From NCBI GenBank assembly GCA_965197645.1, contig OZ240219.1, forward strand, positions 2,272,001 to 2,336,000: DNA of 64,000 bases, read 5' to 3'. The DNA is from Dehalococcoidia bacterium (GTDB lineage Bacteria; Chloroflexota; Dehalococcoidia; Plut-88900). Position 1 is the stretch's first letter, and each line of letters begins with the position of its first letter. The position numbers and the translations under genes were made by a program. Shown here in pieces: positions 41,103 to 50,007 of the stretch. Below the pieces are notes generated by a model that was not told the DNA's origin, did not search any database, and worked only from the letters and a program-made list of their open reading frames with translations.

Positions 41103-41564
41103 ATGTCAGAGCTAAACATCGGCGATCCGGCGCCTGAATTCAGCCTTCAGGACTGCCACGGCAACACAGTTTCGCTGAGTGACCAGCGAGGCAAGAAAGT
41201 CGTCTTATACTTCTACACCAGTTCGGGGGGCGGTAACTGAACCCGCATGGCTCTCGGGTACCGAGAGAATGCTCAGCTGCTGGCGGACAACAACATAGTC
41301 GTGTATGGAATGAACGACAAGGACGCTGAGAGCGCCAGGGAGTGGATAGAGAAGGAGCAGCTGCCCTTTACCGTACTGATGGACTCGGACCGAGAAGTCG
41401 GCATCGCTTACGGGATGTCGGCTGCGGACTCGGAACGGTACGTGGCGAACAATGCCGAAGGTCGCCGTCCTGCGGTAGCCATCGACGAGCAGGGTAGGAT
41501 AGCCGCCTGGGAGCCGGACATGAATGCCGTAGACCAGATAGCAGCTATGCTGGCCCGGCTATAG
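41103..41564 (+). CDS. Selenocysteine-containing peroxiredoxin-like (BCP/AhpC-TSA) protein, in-frame TGA at codon 46
   Basis: SD AAAGGAG; [46 protein letters not shown] continues in frame into the 41247 ORF ([26 protein letters not shown]). Confidence 0.85.
41245..41272 (+). promoter_or_regulatory. Putative bacterial SECIS element
   Basis: gcat-gg-ctctcgg-GTA-ccgagag-a-atgc hairpin; G-first apical loop separated from the TGA by 17 nt. Confidence 0.7.
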
Positions 41565-41572
41565 CCCGCGGG

Positions 41573-42454
41573 CTATCCGCAACCGAAGAATCCCTCCGAA
41601 ACGGCGTCCTTGATCGCCTGGGCCACCTCCACCGGTCGTTGGATAGGCACGTCGTGGACCGAGTCCTCCATCCAGACCACTCGTGCGTTCGGAATGAGCT
41701 TCGCTGCCTGCTCGACCTCGATCTCCTTCCTCTCCTGCCAGCTCCTCTCCGACTCCGGTGGGCTGCTCTGCCGGGCGGGCATCAGCAACACCGGACAGGG
41801 GATGCTGCTGTATAGTCCGGACACCTTCTGGTCCCATAACGCCCGCACTATGAGCATGTGCTTGTCCAACCGGAGCCGAGGCAGCACGTAGCCATCGGGC
41901 TGTACCTCGAAGTTGTTCTTGAGGAAGTCCTCGGCGTGCTTCCTCCACAGGGAGTTCGGGCCCCAGTTCTTGCCTCGCTCCAGGAAGTCGTCCCATGTCA
42001 TCCGCATGCTTCGGAAGTCCGGCGGCGTCAAGGCCTTCGCCGTCTTCTCCCAAGTGGCGCCTGGGTGTGCCGAGGGATCGATAATTCCGCCATCGATGCA
42101 GACCAGGCCGGACAGCAGATCCGGGTGGTCCGAGGCCAGTTGGACTGCAACGTTCCCTCCCCACGAGTGCCCCACTACCAGCGGCCGCTTCAAACCCAGC
42201 CCATCGATTACTCCCGCCACGTCCGACGAAAAGCTGGAGAATTCGTACCCACCCTCCGGCTTGTCGGTCAGGCCGTGCCCTCGCTGGTCTATAGCCACGA
42301 TGCGAAAATCGCTCAGCAGGGGGGCCAGCATGTCCCAGAAGCGGGCATTGGAAGCCAGTCCGTGAAGCAGCAGTACGTCCCTGCCCTCGCCGCCCCAGTC
42401 CCGATAGTGGAACGAAAGGCCCTCGGCGGTTATATAGCTGTCGCTAACCGGCAT
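41573..42454 (-). CDS. Alpha/beta-fold hydrolase
   Basis: LLLHGL, DQRGHG, GHSWG nucleophile, C-terminal His (SVHDV); likely start MPVS. Confidence 0.9.
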   Translation of the reverse strand: MPVSDSYITAEGLSFHYRDWGGEGRDVLLLHGLASNARFWDMLAPLLSDFRIVAIDQRGHGLTDKPEGGYEFSSFSSDVAGVIDGLGLKRPLVVGHSWGGNVAVQLASDHPDLLSGLVCIDGGIIDPSAHPGATWEKTAKALTPPDFRSMRMTWDDFLERGKNWGPNSLWRKHAEDFLKNNFEVQPDGYVLPRLRLDKHMLIVRALWDQKVSGLYSSIPCPVLLMPARQSSPPESERSWQERKEIEVEQAAKLIPNARVVWMEDSVHDVPIQRPVEVAQAIKDAVSEGFFGCG

Positions 42455-42707
42455 CCGTTCCGGTCTCACAATGGGAAGCGTGCAGCGGCAGAATTGTGAA
42501 CCGCTTGATGGGAAATGTCGATAGAGGGATGTGGCATTCGCGCAGACCACGATGTTAAATGCCAGTCAGCCGCTGATATGCAAGCCTTCTTGGGCTTCTT
42601 TGGCATGGGTTACAACCTCCTTTTGAATGGCGGTGACTTGATGCGCTGGACACGCGAGAGCTGTGCTTAGTGGCTACCCGGGTCTTCCTTCGATGAGTTG
42701 GAAGTCA

Positions 42708-43478
42708 CTAGGAAAGTTCTGACTGTGCAGTTTCCATCCTGATAATCTTAGCGGCTTCTTCAGTGCCTGGGGGTAGTATCTCTACGCATTTCTCATCATC
42801 GTAGAGTTCCACAAGACGTTGACTGTGCATCCTGCGCAATAAAGTCCTGAAATATCTAACATTACGATACTCAATCCACCGCAAGAGTTCGGATGTACGA
42901 ACAGGACTTGTCGATGTAGCCAACAACAAGAGTATCTGAGATTGCACCTTCAGAGTCGGTAGCAGGACACGACGCGTATCGGGGCCTTCCCATATGAGTG
43001 GAACTCGTCGTTGAGCAAGATGATCTACTAGCGACTGGGCCTCTCCAATGGTTACATCATGGAGTACTCGTACCAATTCTCCCATCACCCAACTGCAACT
43101 CGCGACGACGAAAGCGGCGTCCATGTAGTTGGGGTTGACGTCCCCTCCCACATGCCCAACGCCTCGATTGTTCCTGACCTCGAAAAGCGTGGGCAGGAGC
43201 CTCGGTATGAGAATCTGAAAACTTCTGGGCACATGCGTGTTCTGCTCTAACCGGCGGCATGCTCCTACAAAATCCTGTGGTTTCTTGGGGGTGTCTGGAT
43301 AACTTCCACTTGCATGGCCTTCGAGAACCGTGAAAACAATCTCGCAAAATCTACCCCCGCTCAACTCGGAAGGAAGCCACCTGTTCTCTGAGAAGGAGTG
43401 AAGAATGTTCTGGTATTCCTCCAGCAGACGATCCCTCAGGCCAGTAGGCAACAAACCAAGTACGTAGTGCAGACTCAC
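42708..43478 (-). CDS. Hypothetical protein with HEPN-like R-x6-H motif and C-terminal HTH-like region
   Basis: 256 aa, low GC; GRFCE helix and RNNRGVGH at residues 102-109; GTG start overlaps the upstream TAG. Confidence 0.65.
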   Translation of the reverse strand: MSLHYVLGLLPTGLRDRLLEEYQNILHSFSENRWLPSELSGGRFCEIVFTVLEGHASGSYPDTPKKPQDFVGACRRLEQNTHVPRSFQILIPRLLPTLFEVRNNRGVGHVGGDVNPNYMDAAFVVASCSWVMGELVRVLHDVTIGEAQSLVDHLAQRRVPLIWEGPDTRRVLLPTLKVQSQILLLLATSTSPVRTSELLRWIEYRNVRYFRTLLRRMHSQRLVELYDDEKCVEILPPGTEEAAKIIRMETAQSELS

Positions 43479-43957
43479 TAATCTTCACCTTCACCCAATT
43501 GCTTGAGTCCCTCGGGGGTAATGAAGAATCCTACTGATGTTTTCTCGCAGAAGCCTCTTGAGACATTCTGGTTGAGGCAGTCTGAAGCATTACTCAGCCG
43601 TTTCTGCTGATTATCTTGGAGAGCCTTGGAAACTGCTTTGGTAGTCAGGTCTTTCTCTCCGCGGTACCAAAGCCATCCGGCAGTAGCCAAGAACCGTTGA
43701 ACCTGTACAGTATCGCCACCCTTCTCTCTCAAATAGCTGGCTAGCGATCTATTCGACAAAGTTTCATTCCGTTTCCCACCCAGCTTGGACGACACACTGT
43801 CTACTGGGGTAACGGTCTGTACTTTGGGAGCCAAATCGATTAGTTTGTTGATTTGCCTATCAAGCCACTCCTGGTCCCCTTCACCCGAAAAACTCAAGTT
43901 GCCTATAGTCAGTTCGATCTTGCCGCGCAGTGCTTCGGACTCCTTCATCATAGTCAC
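43478..43957 (-). CDS. Hypothetical protein with small N-terminal domain and C-terminal winged-helix-like domain
   Basis: 159 aa, low GC; KIELTIGNLSFSGEG..WL, then LTTKAVSKAL..NASDCL..SRGF..FFITPEG. Confidence 0.65.
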   Translation of the reverse strand: MTMMKESEALRGKIELTIGNLSFSGEGDQEWLDRQINKLIDLAPKVQTVTPVDSVSSKLGGKRNETLSNRSLASYLREKGGDTVQVQRFLATAGWLWYRGEKDLTTKAVSKALQDNQQKRLSNASDCLNQNVSRGFCEKTSVGFFITPEGLKQLGEGED

Positions 43958-43994
43958 TCCTTGTACTGAACCTTCGAGTCATCACTATCCATCA

Positions 43995-44052
43995 ATACTA
44001 GCACACATAGCACGGTTGCACAATCGCTGTATGAATCATAACCCAATTCATA
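43995..44052 (-). promoter_or_regulatory. Candidate promoter and palindromic operator of the low-GC two-gene unit
   Basis: Minus strand TTGTGC-17 nt-TAGTAT with TG extension; tatgaat-N9-attcata inverted repeat at 44030-44052. Confidence 0.4.
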
Positions 44053-44256
44053 GTCCAGGCTGAGGAGTGTCTTGGCGGTGGAGGTGGAATTAGGTGTAAG
44101 GTGAAGTGCGGCCCGGGTCGGGAGAAGATAGGGAGGGACGATTCAGGAGTGACCTTCGCAAGAATTGATTTGATAAATCGGCATAAGAAATCGTGGACAC
44201 AGCAACGCTTGAAATGACTGTTTGACATGGCTTCGGGGCAAGATGGGAGTTGTCAT

Positions 44257-45441
44257 CTAGGGGGCTACGGCGATGGCATCGATTTCGCAGAGAGCCTCGG
44301 GAAACCCTCCGATGCTGTCCACCACCACTCCGGTGACCGCTTTCGGCTGACCTTTGAAGAACTCTTCGATAATCTCGACTGACCGGCCGTACCATCCGGC
44401 ATGGGTAATGAAGTAGGACATCTTGGCTATGTCATCGATGTTACAGCCCACCGAACCAAGGGCCGACTCCACTTTTTCCAACGCGTTGCGGAACTGGACA
44501 TCGAAATTGCCTGGGCCTACAAAACCACCGCCCGTTTCCAATGCCGTCTGCCCGGATACGTGAGCCAGTCCATCCGCTACTACCACGTTGCTGAAATTGA
44601 AGGGCGGCGGTTGGCCCGGGAGATTAACATAATCAGCCTTTGAAGGCGGCTTCAGGCCAATGGCATCGGCTCCGACAAGAGCCTGGGGATCGTCCAACGC
44701 CCGTATAGATACGACGTTGTCACCGGGAGGGTTGCCGTGGAAAGCTCGGTCCCTGAGGCGGGACAGCTCTCGATAGTACAGTGGGTTCGTGATGAAGTAG
44801 TTTATCTTCACCAGGTCGTTGAAACTACTACCGGCCGCTTCGAGGGCATCACCGACGCCCTTGTAAACGCCCCTCAGCTGCCGGGAAAAGGCCGAGTCCT
44901 CGCTCACCGGGTCCAGGGAGCCGGAGGACGTGAGGCACGAGACCCAGACCGTATCTCCCGTGGTGACCGATTGGGACGTGGATGAACCGGTCTCGGTAGC
45001 AGTTCTCAAGCCGGTAGTAGCGTGGGCATAGGCCTCTACGGCGATCAATGCCTCGGGGACAGCCAGGGAGGTGACGGCCACCGTCGTATTGGCGGGTGGG
45101 CCCACAGGGAAGCGACTGCCAACCACCTCGTAGTAGTCCTGAAAGTGCACCGGGTTGACGATGTAGCCCGTGAGCTTGGCCACGGCGCGAGGGCTGAGCC
45201 CCGACGCTTCCAGCACCTGCTCCACGGCATCGATGAGCCGGTTTGCCTGGGCAACGAAGTCTCCCTCGCCCACCAGTGCTCCCTCGGCGTCCAATGGCAG
45301 CTGCGCCGATAGGAACACCCAGCCGCCGGCCCTGGTACCCGGGCAAAAGGGTCCGGTTGCTACGTAGGAAGGTAGGTGGATAGCCTCGACAGCCAACATC
45401 TGATCCCCGGTGTCTTGGACGAATAACTCGCCGTTACCCAT
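44257..45441 (-). CDS. Rid (YjgF/YER057c/UK114) family protein with three tandem domains
   Basis: Three roughly 125 aa units, each with V.(L/V)S, Q..., L..(S/A/V)G....(V/I).K...(Y/F)I and (E/D)A.A end motifs. Confidence 0.85.
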   Translation of the reverse strand: MGNGELFVQDTGDQMLAVEAIHLPSYVATGPFCPGTRAGGWVFLSAQLPLDAEGALVGEGDFVAQANRLIDAVEQVLEASGLSPRAVAKLTGYIVNPVHFQDYYEVVGSRFPVGPPANTTVAVTSLAVPEALIAVEAYAHATTGLRTATETGSSTSQSVTTGDTVWVSCLTSSGSLDPVSEDSAFSRQLRGVYKGVGDALEAAGSSFNDLVKINYFITNPLYYRELSRLRDRAFHGNPPGDNVVSIRALDDPQALVGADAIGLKPPSKADYVNLPGQPPPFNFSNVVVADGLAHVSGQTALETGGGFVGPGNFDVQFRNALEKVESALGSVGCNIDDIAKMSYFITHAGWYGRSVEIIEEFFKGQPKAVTGVVVDSIGGFPEALCEIDAIAVAP

Positions 45442-45503
45442 ACCGGTAGTAGGGACTATCTTCGCCCCAGTCTCAGAGTTCCAGTCCGGAGGCCTGGTCC
45501 CGG

Positions 45504-46751
45504 TTAGCCGGCAACCATCACCCCGGCCCTACGCAGCCTGTCCGCTGCCACGTCGGCCTTCTGGAAGTCCTCCTCGGAGAAGTTGTAGAGACCGGCTCCA
45601 CCGCCGAGGATGTTTCCAGCCATCTCCTTGGGCACGGTGTTCAACAGGTTGTTGGACACGTTGGGGAAGTTGGAGTCGAAGTGGGGATAGTCGGTGGACA
45701 TGCACATTCGGTCGGCGCCGATCAGGTTGGCTGTCGGCTCTATCTCAGGCTCGCTGCCTTCCACGGCGGCCCAGCAGTTTCTTCGGAAGTACTCCCTGGG
45801 GCTGAGGGTAAGGTAAGGAGCGTGGGAGTCTCGATAGTTGGGATAGTCCCACTCGATGCGGGTCAGCAGCCCCGGCACCCACGAGTTCTGGGCCTCCAGG
45901 TAACCCACTCTCAGGTTCGGATGGAACTCGAAGACTCCCCCGATGAGCTGGGCTATCAGGGACTGCTGCATCTCTATCCAGTGGCTGGCCACGTGGCGGT
46001 ACCACCTGTTCTCTCCGTACAACTCGTCCATGTGAGAGTACCAGGATCCGGTGCCTTCGTGGAAACACCAGGAGACGTCCAATTCCTCGTGGAGACTGTA
46101 GAGGGGGTCCCAATAGTTGGAATGCCAGTAATGTTCGTTCACCTTGTTGGGGCGAACGAAGGAGGCCACGGCCCCGAGCTCGGTCACACATCGGACCAGC
46201 TCCTGGCAGGCCAGGTTCACGTCATGCACCGGCAGGATTGCGGCGAATTTAAGCTGGTCTGGGCTGTACTGGCAGAAATCGTGGATCCAGTTGTTGTAGG
46301 CGCGACAGATGGCTGCCGAAAGGTGGGGGTCCATGTCGTTTCTGGCCAGGAAGGCTAGGCCGAAGGTGGGGAACAGGGTGGCGATATCGATCCCCTCCAT
46401 CTCCATGGCCATCACCTGGGCTTCCTCGTTGTAGTTCCGATCGAGGGCGAACTGCATTTGACCGGTCTTGGCCAGGCGAGAGCTGGAGAGATTGATGAAC
46501 TGGGAGGGGTCTTGGGCGGGGTCCAACTCCTCCGGCTGCTTCACTGGGATCTTTTTGCGGTATCTCTGTAGCAGTGTGTCGCTCGATGTGGGCATCCGGT
46601 CGAACACCCATTCACCTGGGACCGGTTTGCCATCTGCGCCCACCGGCGTGGTGATCCGCTCCTTGAACTTCGGGTCCAGATACCTCTGGAACAGGTCGGG
46701 CGGCTCCATGATGTGCATATCGCAGTCGACGAACCTGTAACCTTCCTTCAT
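45504..46751 (-). CDS. Amidohydrolase family protein (Amidohydro_2)
   Basis: VDCDMHIMEP, CFHEG, STDYPHFD. Confidence 0.9.
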   Translation of the reverse strand: MKEGYRFVDCDMHIMEPPDLFQRYLDPKFKERITTPVGADGKPVPGEWVFDRMPTSSDTLLQRYRKKIPVKQPEELDPAQDPSQFINLSSSRLAKTGQMQFALDRNYNEEAQVMAMEMEGIDIATLFPTFGLAFLARNDMDPHLSAAICRAYNNWIHDFCQYSPDQLKFAAILPVHDVNLACQELVRCVTELGAVASFVRPNKVNEHYWHSNYWDPLYSLHEELDVSWCFHEGTGSWYSHMDELYGENRWYRHVASHWIEMQQSLIAQLIGGVFEFHPNLRVGYLEAQNSWVPGLLTRIEWDYPNYRDSHAPYLTLSPREYFRRNCWAAVEGSEPEIEPTANLIGADRMCMSTDYPHFDSNFPNVSNNLLNTVPKEMAGNILGGGAGLYNFSEEDFQKADVAADRLRRAGVMVAG

Positions 46752-46835
46752 GGCCTCCTCCTTCGAGTGCTCTATTCCCTGTGACTCGGTAGGTTAGACG
46801 TGCCGCATGGGGCGGAAGCTTGCTATGGAGCTGTT

Positions 46836-46863
46836 GGCCCGAGGACCGTACGGTCCTCGGGCC
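46836..46863. terminator. Perfect 28-bp palindrome after the true dppC stop (terminator or stabiliser hairpin)
   Basis: ggcccgaggaccgt|acggtcctcgggcc. Confidence 0.65.
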
Positions 46864-46897
46864 TTGCGTTCGAAAATGTTTAGCCGACCGATAGGCG

Positions 46898-47912
46898 TTA
46901 AGTACTGAAGCGTCCGCTCTTGCCCTTTAGCCTCGGGTCTAGCAGGTCCCTCATCCCGTCTCCCAGCACGTTTATGCCGAACACTACCAGGATTATCATC
47001 ACGCCGGGGAAGATGGCGAGCCAAGGCGCCCGGTGGAGATAGTTCTGGCCCTGCATGCTCAGCATGGGCGCCCCAGGAAGGCGTTGGAGGTGTGATGCCG
47101 TAGCCCAGGAAGCTCACTGCGGCCTCCGCCAGGATGGCATATCCCATACCCAGAGTAGCCAGGGTAATGATGGGGGCCATGATGTTGGGCAGGATGTAGC
47201 GGAGATTGATCCGCCATCCTGAAGCCCCGAGGGCGCGGGCTGCGTCCACATACTGATTTTCTCGCACGGTCAGGGATGCCGATCTGATGACCCTGGACAA
47301 CCAGGCTACGTTGGTGATAGCCAGGGCAAAGACCACCTTTGATACCTCCCAGTTGGTCTTGCCGAGGGCATCGATCGGCGAGTTATCACCGAGGATGCTT
47401 GCCACGACTATGACGACCACCAGCCAGGGGAAGATCATCATCCCGTCTACGAGCCTTTGAGCAAGGATGTCAACCTTCCCCCCCAACCAGGCCGACCCCA
47501 TGCCAATGATACAGGCAACAAGGGTCGCAATCACCACGGTGAACACGCCCACCATCATGGAGATCCGGGCGCCGTAGATTACTCTGCTGAAGACGTCCCG
47601 TCCCAGGTTGTCCAATCCCATAGGGTGGAACGGAGCTAGAGATGGACCTACCAACACGGATTGGGTGGTGCCTGCAATCCCCTCACCTAGCTCTATTCTC
47701 TCCGGGTGAGGCTCGTTAAGACCCTCGGGCGCCAGGAAGTTGGCAAAGATGCCGACGAAAAACAGTATCGCCACGATGACCAGCCCAACCGTCGCCAGCG
47801 GCTTCTGCTTTACGATCTGTCCCCATACCGTAATCCAGAGGGGGAGGTTTATCCGTCGCTCCTCAACGAGTTCGCTGGGCGGTATCCCGCCTATGCCTGT
47901 TTTGTCTAACAT
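46898..47912 (-). CDS. ABC permease (DppC-like) with a +1 frameshift at about 47066-47068
   Basis: MGLDNLGRD, YVDAARALGAS, SFLGYG..PSWGA; removing one base restores MLSMQGQNYLHRAPWLAIFPG..GDGMRDLLDPRLKGKSGRFST-stop. Confidence 0.85.
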
Positions 47913-47958
47913 GCGTATCCGTCCCTAATGCTTCTTTACTTTCCTGTGCCCCTCTATC

Positions 47959-49911
47959 TTAGTTGTAACGTATCCTGGGATCCAACCAGCTATAGATCAG
48001 GTCTACCGCGAGATTCAGGCCGACTACTACCACGCCCATGAACATGGCGACTCCCTGTATCAGAGGGTAGTCTCGGTCTTCGATGGCCGTGAGCATTAAT
48101 CCGCCAACCCCCGGTATATTGAATATGCGCTCGATGATGACCAACTCTCCGAGCTGGAATGGGATCAGCAGCCCTATCAGGGTGATGACCGGGATCATTG
48201 CGTTCTTCAGGGCGTGCTTAACGATGACGGCTCGTTCTCGGAGTCCCTTGGACCATGCCGTCCTAACGTAGTCCTGACGAAGCACCTCCAGCATCATGGA
48301 CCGGGTCATCCTCATGGTCTCGGCCATCGCCGGTAGCGCCGCCACTATGGCCGGCAACAGGTAGAAGTACAGATTTTGGGCCGGATTGTCAAAGAAGGAA
48401 ACATAGATCAAGCGGGGCTGCCAAAAGCCCAGATAGTAGCTGGGTACAAGTATAGCCATGCTGCCGAACCAGAAGGATGGCACGGCGAGGCCACCTATCG
48501 CAAATGTCCGTCCCACGTAGTCGCCCACGGTATCCTGCCTGATCGCCGAATAGATTCCTATGGGGATAGACACCACTAGGGCCATGGCGATGCTCATGAT
48601 CATGAGCTGTACACTGGGACCCAGCTTCCGTCCCAGCTCGGCGCGTACCGACTCGCCGAAGAACAGGAAGCGCTCTCCCAGATTGCCCCCGATAACGCCC
48701 CAACGCCAACTGGTCTCTTTAGTGGTGATCCATGCCCTGACCGTGCCGGAACTGCTAACCGTCAGGTTCACGTCCACAACCGGATCACCGACGGTTCCTT
48801 TGTCAACGATCTCACCGTTTTCCCTGGCGGTCAGAGCGATCTCGCGCACGGTCCAAGAAGCGCCACCGTCGGCGGTGGAGAGTATGGTCCCACCTGAACC
48901 CACTATCATCCCGGCATCGGCGGAGCCGAAGACCAGGTCATTGAGGTCAATGCCCTCGGCCGCGCTTACGTTCAAGGGCGCCCACGCGGCCCCTCCATTG
49001 GAGCTTCGCAGGACTGAACCGGATTTGCCGACAGCCCATACGTTGAGGGAATCGGCAAAGGCTACGGCGTTAAGGTCTTCTTCGGTGCCGCTGTTTCTAA
49101 CAACCCAACTGTTGCCGCCATCGTTCGTAGCGAGGATCGTGCCCGCCTCACCCACTGCCCAGCCTGTTCGTTCATCGGCGAAGCCCACGGAGGAGAGACC
49201 GGTCTCGATGGGCGTACTCTGGGTCTGCCACGAGGCGCCGCCGTCATCGCTGCGGATCACCACCCCGTTGTCTCCTACGGCCCAACCGGTCAACGCTGTT
49301 TCGGACTCAAGAAATACTACATCGGTCAATCTCTGGTCAGTGTTGCTGTTCTGCGCTACCCACGTGAAGGGGGCCCCGGGAGCGCTGGATCGCTTGCCGC
49401 CTTCCGAGGTGTGCAAGATAGTCCCGTTGTCTCCAACGGCCCAGCCGCGGTCCTCGTCCAGGATGAACATGGAGTGGAAGTTCTCGTCGCCGTTGTACTG
49501 CCTGGACCAGAGCCGACCGCCGTCGTCGGTGTTGAAGATCATGTTCTCGGCCAACCCCCAGCCCAGTACGGGCGTTAGGAAGGTGAGCTGATCGAAGGGT
49601 TTGATAACCCCCACCGCCATCTGATTCCAGGTTTCCCCAGCGTCGGAGGTCCGGTATACAAAGCCTTGTGTCTTGGGCCAGCCGAACATCCAGCGGACGT
49701 ACTGTTTATGGAAGGGGGCGTCCAGTCCAAGTCTGGAGCGGGTGTACTCCTCGGCCTCTTCTGTCCCGCCGGACCTGCCGCCCCTCCCCCCGGCTTGCAT
49801 GGTACTGATGATATCACCCGGCAACAGCCTAATGACGCCGACCACCAGCAACGAGGCGATCATCAACGTGGGTATGATTAGTAGAAATCGTCTTACTGCA
49901 TACTGGCCCAA
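47959..49911 (-). CDS. ABC permease (DppB-like) with inserted YCF48/BNR-type beta-propeller
   Basis: DppB motifs LPGD, LGLDAP..QY, GNLG, DYVRTAWSKGL, LDPRIRY interrupted by seven Asp-box-like repeats. Confidence 0.9.
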   Translation of the reverse strand: MGQYAVRRFLLIIPTLMIASLLVVGVIRLLPGDIISTMQAGGRGGRSGGTEEAEEYTRSRLGLDAPFHKQYVRWMFGWPKTQGFVYRTSDAGETWNQMAVGVIKPFDQLTFLTPVLGWGLAENMIFNTDDGGRLWSRQYNGDENFHSMFILDEDRGWAVGDNGTILHTSEGGKRSSAPGAPFTWVAQNSNTDQRLTDVVFLESETALTGWAVGDNGVVIRSDDGGASWQTQSTPIETGLSSVGFADERTGWAVGEAGTILATNDGGNSWVVRNSGTEEDLNAVAFADSLNVWAVGKSGSVLRSSNGGAAWAPLNVSAAEGIDLNDLVFGSADAGMIVGSGGTILSTADGGASWTVREIALTARENGEIVDKGTVGDPVVDVNLTVSSSGTVRAWITTKETSWRWGVIGGNLGERFLFFGESVRAELGRKLGPSVQLMIMSIAMALVVSIPIGIYSAIRQDTVGDYVGRTFAIGGLAVPSFWFGSMAILVPSYYLGFWQPRLIYVSFFDNPAQNLYFYLLPAIVAALPAMAETMRMTRSMMLEVLRQDYVRTAWSKGLRERAVIVKHALKNAMIPVITLIGLLIPFQLGELVIIERIFNIPGVGGLMLTAIEDRDYPLIQGVAMFMGVVVVGLNLAVDLIYSWLDPRIRYN

Positions 49912-49956
49912 TTTTTTCAGCCTTTCACGAAACGTTGCAGCGGGGATGTGGCGGGT

Positions 49957-49985
49957 ACTATAAAGTAATCAGTCTTGAAACGCAA
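49957..49985 (-). promoter_or_regulatory. Candidate internal promoter for the permease genes
   Basis: Minus strand TTGCGT-17 nt-TATAGT. Confidence 0.5.
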
Positions 49986-50007
49986 CCAGTAGACCTCGCA
50001 AGCAATA

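Noticed and set aside
41247-41564. 105-aa ORF as a complete gene, or the locus as a nonsense pseudogene
   Set aside because: It lacks the Prx N-terminus, which lies in frame upstream with its own SD. The stop is TGA exactly at the catalytic position and is followed by a SECIS-like hairpin, which favours recoding.
46794-47065. Unusual basic C-terminal tail on DppC in the ORF track
   Set aside because: Product of the +1 frameshift; the canonical C-terminus is in the neighbouring frame.
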